From contig JBOGWB010000067.1 in NCBI GenBank assembly GCA_050693035.1, forward strand, positions 1-61,018: a stretch of 61,018 nucleotides of DNA, read 5' to 3'. Each line of letters starts with the position of its first letter. Position 1 is the first letter of the stretch. The notes below the pieces were generated by a model that did not search any database, was not told the origin of the DNA, and saw nothing but the letters and a program-made list of their open reading frames with translations. A program made the translations under genes and the position numbers. Of the stretch, positions 43,706 to 52,912 are shown in pieces. The DNA comes from Actinomycetota bacterium. Lineage in GTDB: Bacteria; Actinomycetota; UBA4738; CALAEC01.

Positions 43706-44985
43706 GACTGCTCGCCCTCCGACGTGTTTCGCCTGACCGGCGCGAGCCGTTCCACGAGGACCTTGGAGATGCGCCGGCCCTGAACCCTCTCCGCGGTGAG
43801 CCGCAGGTCCTGGAAATCGACGTGTTCGCCCTGAGCGGGAAGGCGTCCGAGGATGCCCATCATCAATCCCCCCACAGTGTCCCACTCCTCGTTCGGCAGC
43901 TCCATGTCGAGGAGCTCGTTCAGCTCGTCGACCGGGAGACGGGCGTTCACCCGGTACCGCCCGTCGCCGGCCGGCTCGACCTGTGGCTCCTCGCGGTCGT
44001 ACTCGTCGACGATCTCCCCGACGATCTCCTCCAGGAGGTCCTCCAGGGTCACCAGGCCGGCCACGGCCCCGAATTCGTCGACCACGATGGCGACGTGGAA
44101 CTTCTCCCGCTGCATGTCTCTCAGGAGGTCGGACACCTTCTTCGATTCCGGAACGAAGTGAGGCTTCCTGATCAACTGTTCGAGCGCACGCGCACGCTCG
44201 CCGAGGGCGTGAATCTCCCGGAGGACGTCCTTGGCGTAGACGATCCCCACGATGTCGTCGCGTCTCTCCCGATGGACGGGGATCCGCGAGAACCCGTGGC
44301 GGACCACCGTGTCGAGCACCTCGTCGAGGGAGCTTCTGACGTCGAGAGCCACGATGTCGGGCTCCGGAGTCATCACTTCCCGGACCACCGTGTCGCCGAA
44401 CTCGAAGATCGAGTGGATGAGCTCCTTCTCTCCCTCCTCGATCTCCTTCTCCTCGGAGGCCACCTCTGCCATCGCCTTGATGTCCTCCTCGGTGGCGAAC
44501 GGTCCCTCTGGAAGGCCCCTGCCCGGCAGGATGATGTTGGCGATCCTGATGAGGCCGCGAGCCAGAGGGTCGAACACCGTCCCGAGGCCCACGATGAGCG
44601 GCGCGAGGCGGAGAGCCACCCCGTCCGTGTGCTGGATGACGTACGTCTTCGGGCTGACCTCGGCGAGAACGAAGAGCAGGACGGTCATCGCGAACGTGGC
44701 GACGAACTCGCCCCAGTTGCCGACGACCCGCACCGCCACCACGGTGGCGATGGCCATCCCTCCGAGGTGGCACAACAGCGTGAGGAGAAGGATCACGTTG
44801 AGGTACCTGGCGGGGTACTCGACGATCCGCACCAGGGATGCGGCCCCCCGCCGTCCTTCCTCCTCCAGCCGGTAGGCCCGAACCCGGTTCATCCGGGTGA
44901 TGGCCACCTCCGACGCGGCCATCACGCCGGCCAGCACGATCAGGACGATGACGGCCACGAGCCCGCTCCAGTCGGCCGCGGTCAC
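43702..44985 (-). CDS. CNNM-CBS-CorC (hemolysin-family) membrane protein
   Basis: ASEVA, AEVSPK, VREVMTP, GFSRIPV, VVDEFG..VTLEDLLEEIVGEI, CorC domain. Confidence 0.93.
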   Translation of the reverse strand: MTAADWSGLVAVIVLIVLAGVMAASEVAITRMNRVRAYRLEEEGRRGAASLVRIVEYPARYLNVILLLTLLCHLGGMAIATVVAVRVVGNWGEFVATFAMTVLLFVLAEVSPKTYVIQHTDGVALRLAPLIVGLGTVFDPLARGLIRIANIILPGRGLPEGPFATEEDIKAMAEVASEEKEIEEGEKELIHSIFEFGDTVVREVMTPEPDIVALDVRSSLDEVLDTVVRHGFSRIPVHRERRDDIVGIVYAKDVLREIHALGERARALEQLIRKPHFVPESKKVSDLLRDMQREKFHVAIVVDEFGAVAGLVTLEDLLEEIVGEIVDEYDREEPQVEPAGDGRYRVNARLPVDELNELLDMELPNEEWDTVGGLMMGILGRLPAQGEHVDFQDLRLTAERVQGRRISKVLVERLAPVRRNTSEGEQS

Positions 44986-45419
44986 GCCTTCACCCCGGAG
45001 TACGCTTCCTGCCGCTCCCACATCCGGGCGCGGTCCTCGTCGCTCCCGTGGTCATAGCCGAGGAGGTGGAGGATCCCGTGGACCAGGAGCAGCCGGAGCT
45101 CCGCGTCGAGGTCGTCGTTCTGGGCCGCGGCGACCTCCGGACAGATCACCACGTCACCGAGCATCCGTGGCCCGCCCTCCGGTGCCGCTTCGTCGAGCGG
45201 GAAGGACAACACGTCGGTGGGGCCCTCCTCGTCCATGTACCGCTCGTGAAGGTCGGCCATCTCCTCCGCGGTGACCAGGGAGACGGAGAGCTCCGCCCCC
45301 GCGATGCCCTCGCCGGCGAGGGTACGCTCCGCCAGCGCCACGAGGGACTCGTGATCGACCGTCAACCCCTGGCGATCGGACATGGCGACGGCGGGTTTCG
45401 GAGGGTCGGAGTTCATCAC
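44982..45419 (-). CDS. ybeY: rRNA maturation endoribonuclease YbeY
   Basis: PTDVLSF, LGDVVIC, HGILHLLGYDH. Confidence 0.95.
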   Translation of the reverse strand: MMNSDPPKPAVAMSDRQGLTVDHESLVALAERTLAGEGIAGAELSVSLVTAEEMADLHERYMDEEGPTDVLSFPLDEAAPEGGPRMLGDVVICPEVAAAQNDDLDAELRLLLVHGILHLLGYDHGSDEDRARMWERQEAYSGVKA

Positions 45420-46393
45420 TGGCCGGCCCGGGCCTGGCCCTCGCCGTAGAGCCGGTAGGCCTCCACGATGTCCTGCACGATCTTGGCGCGGACCACGTCC
45501 CGCGCCCCGAGATGCACGAACTCGATCCCTTCGATGCTCTCCAGGATCTCCTCGATGACCAGCAGGCCCGACCGTTGGCCGGCGGGGAGGTCGGTCTGGG
45601 TGACGTCCCCGTTGATCACGGCCTTGGAGCCGAACCCGATCCGGGTGAGGAACATCTTCATCTGCTCCGGCGACGTGTTCTGCGCCTCGTCGAGGATGAT
45701 GAACGAGTCATTCAGCGAGCGGCCGCGCATATAGGCCAGCGGGGCGACCTCGATGGTCCCCCGCTCCATCAGGCGCTGGAACGCGTCGGCGTCCATCATC
45801 TCGTACAAGGCGTCGTACAGCGGCTTCAGGTAGGGATCGATCTTCTCGTACAGGGTGCCGGGCAGGAACCCGAGCCTCTCCCCCGCTTCCACCGCCGGGC
45901 GGGTCAGGATGATCCGGGAGATCTGGCGCTCCTGGAGGGCCTTCACCGCCGTGGCCACGGCCAGGTAGGTCTTGCCGGTCCCGGCGGGCCCGATGGCGAA
46001 GGTGACGATGGCCCGGCGGATGGCGTCCACGTACTTCTTCTGCCCCACCGTCTTCGGGCCGATGGTCTTCCCCCGCGAGGTGAGCAGCACGTCGGCCAGC
46101 ACGTCGGTGGGCCGGATGGCGTCCTTCTTGATCAGGTCGATGGTCTGCCCGACGGACACCGAACTCAGCTCCTGCCCCGCCCCGAGCAGCGTCAAGAGCT
46201 CCTCGAACAGCAGGGCCACCCGTTCCGCCTCCTGGGGTTCGCCGGTGATGGTGATCTCGTTCCCCCGGACGACGATCTGGGAATCGAAGGCGGCCTCGAT
46301 GACCTTGAGGAATTCGTCCCGTTGCCCCAACAGCGCCACCATCGACTGGTGGCCGGGAACCAGGATCTTCACTTGCGTGTTGGCCTCGGCCAA
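45416..46393 (-). CDS. phoH: PhoH-like ATPase
   Basis: GPAGTGKTYLA, LTRPAVEAGERLGFLPG, YMRGR, DEAQN, GDVTQTDLP. Confidence 0.95.
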   Translation of the reverse strand: MAEANTQVKILVPGHQSMVALLGQRDEFLKVIEAAFDSQIVVRGNEITITGEPQEAERVALLFEELLTLLGAGQELSSVSVGQTIDLIKKDAIRPTDVLADVLLTSRGKTIGPKTVGQKKYVDAIRRAIVTFAIGPAGTGKTYLAVATAVKALQERQISRIILTRPAVEAGERLGFLPGTLYEKIDPYLKPLYDALYEMMDADAFQRLMERGTIEVAPLAYMRGRSLNDSFIILDEAQNTSPEQMKMFLTRIGFGSKAVINGDVTQTDLPAGQRSGLLVIEEILESIEGIEFVHLGARDVVRAKIVQDIVEAYRLYGEGQARAGQ

Positions 46394-46459
46394 TGTGTTT
46401 CTCGGGAACCTCTCCCGTTCGTCCGAAAAGGGGTCGCTAACGCGACCCCACTTCCTCCG

Positions 46460-46465
46460 ATTATA
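46460..46465 (-). promoter_or_regulatory. Consensus -10 (TATAAT) upstream of the phoH-ybeY-CNNM-cdd-era operon
   Basis: Minus-strand GGTATAAT in the HIT-phoH gap. Confidence 0.55.
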
Positions 46466-46506
46466 CCGCCGCGCACCAGTCTCTACCCCGAACGATCACG
46501 CAACAT

Positions 46507-46863
46507 CTAGCCGGGGGGCCACTTCATCGGCCTGCCTCCGAGCAGGTGGAAGTGCAGATGGTGGACGCTCTGGCCGGCGTGGGCACCGACGTTGGTGACC
46601 AGGCGCCAGCCGGTCCGGTCGACGCCCTCGGCCCGGGCGAGGTGGGCGGCGGTGGAGAAGACCTCCGCGAGCAGCCCGGCGTGCTTGTCCCTGATGGCGC
46701 GGGCGGACTCGATGTGCTCCTTGGGGATGATCAGGATGTGCGTCGGCGCCTGCGGGTTGATGTCGCGGAACGCCACGACGTGATCGGAGGCGTGGACCAC
46801 GTCGGTTTGCTGCTCCTTCGTGGCGATCTTGCAGAAGAGGCAGTCCTCCACGACCTTCCCCAT
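46507..46863 (-). CDS. Histidine triad (HIT) nucleotide-binding protein
   Basis: DCLFCKI, FRDINPQAPTHILIIP, HLHFHLLGG. Start is ATG 46863 or GTG 46851. Confidence 0.93.
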   Translation of the reverse strand: MGKVVEDCLFCKIATKEQQTDVVHASDHVVAFRDINPQAPTHILIIPKEHIESARAIRDKHAGLLAEVFSTAAHLARAEGVDRTGWRLVTNVGAHAGQSVHHLHFHLLGGRPMKWPPG

Positions 46864-46902
46864 CTCGGCGTGCTGCGCGCCGATGCTACCGCGGGGCACG
46901 AC

Positions 46903-47514
46903 TCAGGGTCGAGGCCGGGGTTCGGCCGCGTCCTCAGCTGCACGGGTGGGGGTCGCGTCGCGCCTCAGCCACCCCGGGCGCAGGTCGGGGGGTGGAAGGG
47001 CCGACTCCGCCGGGCCCCGGGACACCCGGCAGTCTCCCGCCCTCAGGAGGCGCCCGCCCAGGACCATCAGCGCCGGAGCCCCCCGGAAGCGACGCGACGC
47101 GTGGAGATGGGGAGAGGTGGAGGAACCCGTGTCGCCCACCCGGCCGATCATGCCACCGGCCCGAACCGGGCCCGTGGCCTCGATGGTGTCCAGGTGGGCC
47201 ATGTGGATCCGCTCCTTCCCGTCACGGGAAATCCAGACCACGGAGTTCCCCCATCCGTCCTCCCCCACCCGAGAGAACACCCGGACCCGGCCGTCCCCGG
47301 GGGCGAGGATGGCCCACCGATAGTCGGTGGGGCTCCCCATGTCCAGGGCGGGCCCGAACCCCTGAGGGGTGCCGTGGTTGGGGTGGGTGGAGGCGCACCA
47401 GTGCCTCCCCCGGGGGAACACGTCGCCCTCGGCCCCGGAGGCCGGGAGCGATGCGAACACCGGGGAGAGGCCGACCAGCACAAGCAACAGCCCATGGAAG
47501 GGTTTCGCGGGCAC
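46903..47514 (-). CDS. Secreted M23-family metallopeptidase (paralog 1)
   Basis: Signal peptide; HPNHG..ALD, GWGNSV, AHL, GRVGDTGSSTSPHLH. Confidence 0.8.
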   Translation of the reverse strand: MPAKPFHGLLLVLVGLSPVFASLPASGAEGDVFPRGRHWCASTHPNHGTPQGFGPALDMGSPTDYRWAILAPGDGRVRVFSRVGEDGWGNSVVWISRDGKERIHMAHLDTIEATGPVRAGGMIGRVGDTGSSTSPHLHASRRFRGAPALMVLGGRLLRAGDCRVSRGPAESALPPPDLRPGWLRRDATPTRAAEDAAEPRPRP

Positions 47515-47603
47515 CGGGAGACCCTAGCAGGTCAGGGGGACGGATCACACTATCTCGGGCTTTCCCGGCGTCGGGCCCAGGCTTGCTCCGCCGCTCGGGG
47601 GGA

Positions 47604-48728
47604 TCAGGGCGCGGAGTCGCCCGAGGGCGTGGGAGCCGGCTCGGCGACGGGCTCCTCGCAATTGGAAACGGTCTCGGCCGTGCACCGGTCGAAGCCGTCC
47701 CCGCCGTCGACGAGGTCCTTCCCCTCTCCGCCGTCGAGGACGTCGTCGCCGCCGAGTCCGTACAGCCGGTTGGGGCCAGCGTCCCCGGTGATGGCGTCGC
47801 CCAGGGGCGAGCCGACAACGTCCTCCACCTCCACCAGGGTGTCCTCGCCCTGGCCCGAGGCGGTGCCCTCCCCGAGGTGGAGGGTCACGGGCCCGGCGGC
47901 ACGAGCGTACGTCGCCCGGTCGATCCCGGCGCCGCCGTCGAGGAGGTCGACACCCTCCCCTCCGTCGAGGACATCGGCGGCGCCTCCGCCGGAGATGTGG
48001 TCGGCGCCCCGACCCCCGAGCAGCCGGTCGGCGCCCTTCCCCCCGAGGATGACGTCGTGGCCACGGCCGGCGCAGATCCGGTCGTTCCCCCCGCGACCCT
48101 CCACCCGATCGTCACCCGCCCGAGCGACGATCACGTCGTTACCGGACGTCCCGACGAGGACGTCGTCGCCCCGCGTCCCCACCAGGGTCGCCTCGCGCCC
48201 GAGACACGTCGGCGGGATGGGGCCCCGCGAGACGTAGCATCGTCCGGCCTCGATCCGTCGCCACCCGAGGATGAGCCTGGCCGGCTCGCCGTCCCGGCGG
48301 GCCGAGCTGTGGACGTGGGGCGAGGTCGCCCTGCCGGTGCTGCCCACTCGCCCGATGCGGTCCCCCGCGACGACCGTTCCCGTGGCCCCGAATGAGGCCA
48401 GGTGGGCGAGGTGGATCCGCTCCTTGCCGTCGGCGGAGATCCAGATGATGGAGTTCCCCCAGCCGCTGCCCCAGCCCTCCGAGTGGATCCGGACCCGACC
48501 CTTCCCGGGTGCGTAGACGGGCCATCCGCCGTCCTGGGGGCTACCGAGGTCGAGGGCGGGCCCGTAGCCGTCGAGCGTGCCGTGGTTCGGGTGGGTGGAG
48601 GCGCACCACCGATTTCCCTTGGCGAAGATGTCGCCGCCGGCCGCGAGCCCCGGCCGGGCCCCGACCAGGACCGCAGCGAAGGTGACGATGAGGAGGGTGG
48701 GGGCGCGGGCGGCGCCGGGCCTGGGCAC
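47604..48728 (-). CDS. Secreted M23-family metallopeptidase with C-terminal RTX Ca-binding repeats (paralog 2)
   Basis: Same catalytic domain (GRVGSTGRATSPHVH), followed by many GGxGxD repeats. Confidence 0.82.
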   Translation of the reverse strand: MPRPGAARAPTLLIVTFAAVLVGARPGLAAGGDIFAKGNRWCASTHPNHGTLDGYGPALDLGSPQDGGWPVYAPGKGRVRIHSEGWGSGWGNSIIWISADGKERIHLAHLASFGATGTVVAGDRIGRVGSTGRATSPHVHSSARRDGEPARLILGWRRIEAGRCYVSRGPIPPTCLGREATLVGTRGDDVLVGTSGNDVIVARAGDDRVEGRGGNDRICAGRGHDVILGGKGADRLLGGRGADHISGGGAADVLDGGEGVDLLDGGAGIDRATYARAAGPVTLHLGEGTASGQGEDTLVEVEDVVGSPLGDAITGDAGPNRLYGLGGDDVLDGGEGKDLVDGGDGFDRCTAETVSNCEEPVAEPAPTPSGDSAP

Positions 48729-48781
48729 GCGGGGACTCTACCAGGGACGCTCCGGTCCCCCAACCCTCCGAGACCTCGCCC

Positions 48782-49516
48782 TCAGCCCAGGCGGCCGTAC
48801 CTGGCCAGGACCACCGCCGCCGCGGCCACCGCGGCCGTCTCCGTGCGAAGCACGTTCGGGCCCAGAGAAGCCAGGAGCGCCCCGCGGTCCCGCGCGGCCT
48901 CGGCGTCCTCGTCAGGGATCCCTCCCTCAGGCCCGATCACCAGAGCCAGCCGGTCCGGTGGTTCCGGGGGAAGGAGACGCAGGAGCCCCTGGTCGGCGCG
49001 TTCCCACAGGACCACAGCGGGGCCCGCCTCGAGCGCGGCGCCCAGCGCTTCCTGCCACGGCGAGGGCCCGCTCACCTCGGGAAGGAACCGCCTCCGGGCC
49101 TGCTTGGCGGCCTCCCGGGCCACCGCCTCCAGCCGCTCCCCGGCCCGGGACGCCCGCTCCCCCTTCCACCGGCGCACGCTCCTGGCCGCCTCCACCAGCA
49201 CGATCTCGTCCGCCCCGACCTCCACGAGCTTCTGAACGGCCCAGGTCAGCCGGTCACCCTTCGGCGGCGAGAGGAGGGCTCGAAGGACGGGCCGGGGGCG
49301 CTCCTCGGTGGCCCGTTCTTCGACCTCGCCCTCCACCAGGAGCCCGGACGCCCGGACCACCCGGCACCGGGCCAGCCCCCCGCGGCCGTCCGAGGACGTG
49401 AAGCGATCGCCCGGCCGAAGGCGCAGGGAGCGGAGGGCGTGATGGGCGTCGTCGGTGCTCAGGATCACCGTCTCGCCGGGCTGGGGAGCCCCGGCGAAGA
49501 AGTGCGGAACCCCCAC
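48782..49516 (-). CDS. rsmE: 16S rRNA m3U1498 methyltransferase
   Basis: HHALRSLRL, QKLVEVG, EAAKQARR, IGPEGG, LGPNVLRTETA. Confidence 0.95.
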   Translation of the reverse strand: MGVPHFFAGAPQPGETVILSTDDAHHALRSLRLRPGDRFTSSDGRGGLARCRVVRASGLLVEGEVEERATEERPRPVLRALLSPPKGDRLTWAVQKLVEVGADEIVLVEAARSVRRWKGERASRAGERLEAVAREAAKQARRRFLPEVSGPSPWQEALGAALEAGPAVVLWERADQGLLRLLPPEPPDRLALVIGPEGGIPDEDAEAARDRGALLASLGPNVLRTETAAVAAAAVVLARYGRLG

Positions 49517-49530
49517 GGCCGGGCGGCGGG

Positions 49531-50634
49531 CTAGTGGCGCCGCCGCAGGCGACCGGGCACGGGGTCGTTCCCCGGTAGCTCGCCGCGGAGCTCCGCAAGC
49601 TCCTCGACCAGCTTCCGCTCCTTCTTCGGAAGGCCCTCCGGGACCACCACGTCCACCTCCACGAAGAGATCGCCGCGCCCCCGACGGCGGAGCCGCGGGA
49701 GCCCCAGCCCGCGGAGGCGAAGGAGGGTTCCCGGCCGGGCTCCCGGAGGGATGGTGAGGGGCCGGGGCCCATCCAGGGTGGGAAGCTCCACGGTGGCCCC
49801 CAGGAGGGCCTGGGTCACGGGCACCTCCAGCGTGCAGGCCAGGTCCTCCCCCCGCCGCTCGAACAACGGGTGAGGCTCCACCCGAAGCGCCAGGTACAGG
49901 TCGCCGGCCGGGGCCCCCTGCCGCCCCTCCTCACCACCGGCCTGCACCCGGAGCTCCATGCCGTCGGCCACGCCTGGGGGGATGTCCACCGAGACGGACT
50001 GGGTCCGGGGGACCCGCCCGTCCCCCCGGCACACCTTGCAGGGCGAGGCGATCTCTTCCCCCGTCCCCTCGCAGTTCGTGCAGAGGCGGGAGGTCATCAT
50101 GGTGCCGAAGACGCTTCGCCGGACGTCGGAGATCTCCCCCGTGCCCTGACACCTGCTGCACCGACTGGGGAAGGTCCCGGGCTCGCATCCGTTCCCCCCG
50201 CACCGGTCACATCGCTCCAGGCTCTCCACCTGGATCTCCCGCTGCGCTCCGAACGCGGCTTCCTCGAAGGTGAGGTCGAGAACGGCGTGGAGGTCCGCCC
50301 CGCGGCGGGACCGGGTGGGCCGGCCGCGGGTTCGGGCGCCGGTGAACGATCCGCCGAAGAACGCTCCGAACAGGTCGGCCAGGTCCGGGCCGAATCCGAA
50401 CATGTCCGGGGTCAGACCCTCGCCGCCGAACATGTCGTACTGCCGGCGCTTGGCGGGGTCGGAGAGGGTCTGGTAGGCCAGGTTGACCTCCTTGAACCGG
50501 CGGTCCGCGTCGGGGTCCTGGCTCACGTCGGGGTGGAACTGGCGGGCCAGCCTCCGGTACGCCCGCTTGATGTCCTCCGCCGAAGCCTCCGGCGGCACGC
50601 CGAGAACCTGGTACAGATCGCGAGCCTGGGTCAT
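49531..50634 (-). CDS. dnaJ: Chaperone DnaJ
   Basis: J domain with HPD; four CxxCxGxG repeats; PAGDLY. Confidence 0.97.
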   Translation of the reverse strand: MTQARDLYQVLGVPPEASAEDIKRAYRRLARQFHPDVSQDPDADRRFKEVNLAYQTLSDPAKRRQYDMFGGEGLTPDMFGFGPDLADLFGAFFGGSFTGARTRGRPTRSRRGADLHAVLDLTFEEAAFGAQREIQVESLERCDRCGGNGCEPGTFPSRCSRCQGTGEISDVRRSVFGTMMTSRLCTNCEGTGEEIASPCKVCRGDGRVPRTQSVSVDIPPGVADGMELRVQAGGEEGRQGAPAGDLYLALRVEPHPLFERRGEDLACTLEVPVTQALLGATVELPTLDGPRPLTIPPGARPGTLLRLRGLGLPRLRRRGRGDLFVEVDVVVPEGLPKKERKLVEELAELRGELPGNDPVPGRLRRRH

Positions 50635-50658
50635 CCAGACGAGTGTAGCGGCCGGAAC

Positions 50659-51762
50659 CTATCCGGCCAGGGCATCGACGATCTCGGTGAGCCGGCGGGC
50701 CACCGCGCCAACCGATGAGATGGCCGTGAGGTACTCCATCCGGGTCGGACCCACCACCGCGATGGCCCCGACCGGCCGCCCGCCGGCCAGGTACGGGGCA
50801 ACCACCACGCTCGCTTCCCGCATCGCCTGGAGGGGGATCTCGCTCCCGATCAACACCGTGACGTGCTCGCTCTCCGTCGGCAGCCCTCGGAGCAGCCCGA
50901 GTACCGCGACTTCCTCGTCCAGGGCGTCGAAGAGCCGGCGAACGGTCTCCCGGCGCTCGAACGCCTCCTCGATGTTGCCCACGCCGCCCAGGAAGGCGTG
51001 CTCGGCGCCTCTGTCGAGATCACGGAGGGCCGCGCCGACCGCGGCGAGCAGGGAGCGCTCGGCCCCGGTGGCCCGTCCCGTGAGGGCCTCGACCCGGTCG
51101 CCCGCCTCGCCCAACGACAGGTCGTGGATCTCCCGGACCAGGGCCTCGGACACCCGGCGAACGGCCTCCTCGTCACCCGCGGCCGGAAGGTCCAGCGCCC
51201 GCTTGTCTACCCGGCCGGTGTCGGACACCACCAGCAGGAGGGCCGCAGAGCCGAGCGGGACGAGGTCTGCCCGGACCACCCGGCTTCCCTCGACCACCGG
51301 GGTCAGGGCCACGGCTGCGTACCTGGTCAGACGGGACAGCACATGGGCGGTGCGCCGGAGAGCCTCCTCCACGTCGCCCTGGAGCTCGGACAGTGACTCG
51401 GAGATGGCCCGCCGCTGCCCCGGGGTGAGCCGGGGAGGGTCGGGCAGGCTGTCAACGTAGAAGCGGTACCCGAGGTCGGTCGGAACCCGGCCCGCGGAGG
51501 TGTGGGGCTGATCGAGGAAGCCGAGGTCGGTGAGCACGGCCATGTCGTTGCGGATGGTGGCGGGGCTCACGCCGAGCCGATAGCGGACCGCCACGGTCCC
51601 GCTTCCCACCGGCTCGGCCGACCGGATGTAGTCCGTGACCACGGCGCGAAGGACGACGGCCCTCCGTGGGTCGAGGACAGGCTCGGTTGCCCCGGTGCCG
51701 GGGGCTCCTCGAGCTCCCCCGCGAGCGGACCCTGACCCTCTGCGAGCGCGCTTCGGACTCAT
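50659..51762 (-). CDS. hrcA: Heat-inducible repressor HrcA
   Basis: VSPATIRNDMAVL, QPHTSAGRVPTDLGYRFYVD, VVGPTRMEY. Confidence 0.96.
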   Translation of the reverse strand: MSPKRARRGSGSARGGARGAPGTGATEPVLDPRRAVVLRAVVTDYIRSAEPVGSGTVAVRYRLGVSPATIRNDMAVLTDLGFLDQPHTSAGRVPTDLGYRFYVDSLPDPPRLTPGQRRAISESLSELQGDVEEALRRTAHVLSRLTRYAAVALTPVVEGSRVVRADLVPLGSAALLLVVSDTGRVDKRALDLPAAGDEEAVRRVSEALVREIHDLSLGEAGDRVEALTGRATGAERSLLAAVGAALRDLDRGAEHAFLGGVGNIEEAFERRETVRRLFDALDEEVAVLGLLRGLPTESEHVTVLIGSEIPLQAMREASVVVAPYLAGGRPVGAIAVVGPTRMEYLTAISSVGAVARRLTEIVDALAG

Positions 51763-51778
51763 GTCCTCGAACCCATTA

Positions 51779-51805
51779 TTAGCAGTCTCGAGGTTCGAGT
51801 GCTAG
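51779..51805. promoter_or_regulatory. CIRCE element (HrcA operator)
   Basis: TTAGCAGTC-N9-GAGTGCTAG against consensus TTAGCACTC-N9-GAGTGCTAA (2 mismatches), 17 nt upstream of hrcA. Confidence 0.9.
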
Positions 51806-52912
51806 CACCAGGTCGTTCGCCAGCAGCATCCCCCGGTCGGTGAGGGCGAACCTCCCCCCCTGCCGCCGGGCCAGGCCACCCGCCACGTAGGCCTGGGCGA
51901 CGGCGGCGGGTACCCAGGATTCCGGGATCCCCCGGGCGAGCCGGATAGAGAGGAGGACCCGCTCCAGTCCGGCCTGCTCGGGGTCCGGGTGCTCCTCCCC
52001 CTCCACGGGCAGCCGGCCCGCGGCCACCTCGTCCAGGTAGCGCTGCGGGAGCCGGACGTTCCACCAGCGTCTCCCTTCGCGGTACGAGTGGGCTCCGGCG
52101 CCCAGACCGAGGTACGGCCGTCCCTCCCAGTAGCCCAGGTTGTGCCGGGACTCGTGGCCCGGCCGGGCCCAGTTCGACACCTCGTAGTGCTCGAACCCCG
52201 CCGCGGTCAGGCGGTCGCAGGACGCCTCGTACAGGTCGGCCTGGAGGTCGGGATCGGGGGCGGGGATCCGCCCCGCGCCGACCCGCTGCCCCAGTGGCGT
52301 GCCCGGTTCCACCGTCAGCGCGTAGCAGGAGAGGTGGTCGGGCCGGAGGTCGATCGCTTCCTCCAGCGTCGCGTTCCACGACTCCGGGGTCTCCCCGAGG
52401 GCGCCGTAGATGAAGTCGAGGTTGACGTCCCCGAAGCCTGCCGCCCTGGCGTCGGCGAAGGCGCGGCGCGCCGAGCCGGCCGAGTGGATCCGCCCGAGCG
52501 ACGCGAGCACCGCCGGGTCGAAGGACTGGACCCCCATGGACAGGCGCGAGATCCCCACGGCTCGAAGGCGCTCGAGGTAGGAACGGTCCACGGTGTCGGG
52601 ATTGGCTTCGCAGGTGACCTCGGCGTCCTCGGCGACGTCGAATCGGTCCCGAAACGCGGCCACCAGGTCGCCGAGGGACTCGGGAGGGAGCGTGGTCGGG
52701 GTGCCCCCGCCCAGGTAGATGGAGACGAACCGCACGCCGTCCCACGCCTTCGCGAGGAGGTCGGCCTCCCGGCGGAGGGCCTCCGCGTAGGCCGGGCCGA
52801 GATGCGACATTCCGGCGTACGCGTTGAAGTCGCAATAGCCGCACCGAGTCAGGCAGAAGGGGACGTGGACGTAGAGCCCGCCGTCGGCCGGAGCAACAAC
52901 GGACGGCCTCAT
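51779..52912 (-). CDS. hemW: Radical-SAM heme chaperone HemW (HemN-like)
   Basis: [39 protein letters not shown]. Confidence 0.93.
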   Translation of the reverse strand: MRPSVVAPADGGLYVHVPFCLTRCGYCDFNAYAGMSHLGPAYAEALRREADLLAKAWDGVRFVSIYLGGGTPTTLPPESLGDLVAAFRDRFDVAEDAEVTCEANPDTVDRSYLERLRAVGISRLSMGVQSFDPAVLASLGRIHSAGSARRAFADARAAGFGDVNLDFIYGALGETPESWNATLEEAIDLRPDHLSCYALTVEPGTPLGQRVGAGRIPAPDPDLQADLYEASCDRLTAAGFEHYEVSNWARPGHESRHNLGYWEGRPYLGLGAGAHSYREGRRWWNVRLPQRYLDEVAAGRLPVEGEEHPDPEQAGLERVLLSIRLARGIPESWVPAAVAQAYVAGGLARRQGGRFALTDRGMLLANDLVLALEPRDC

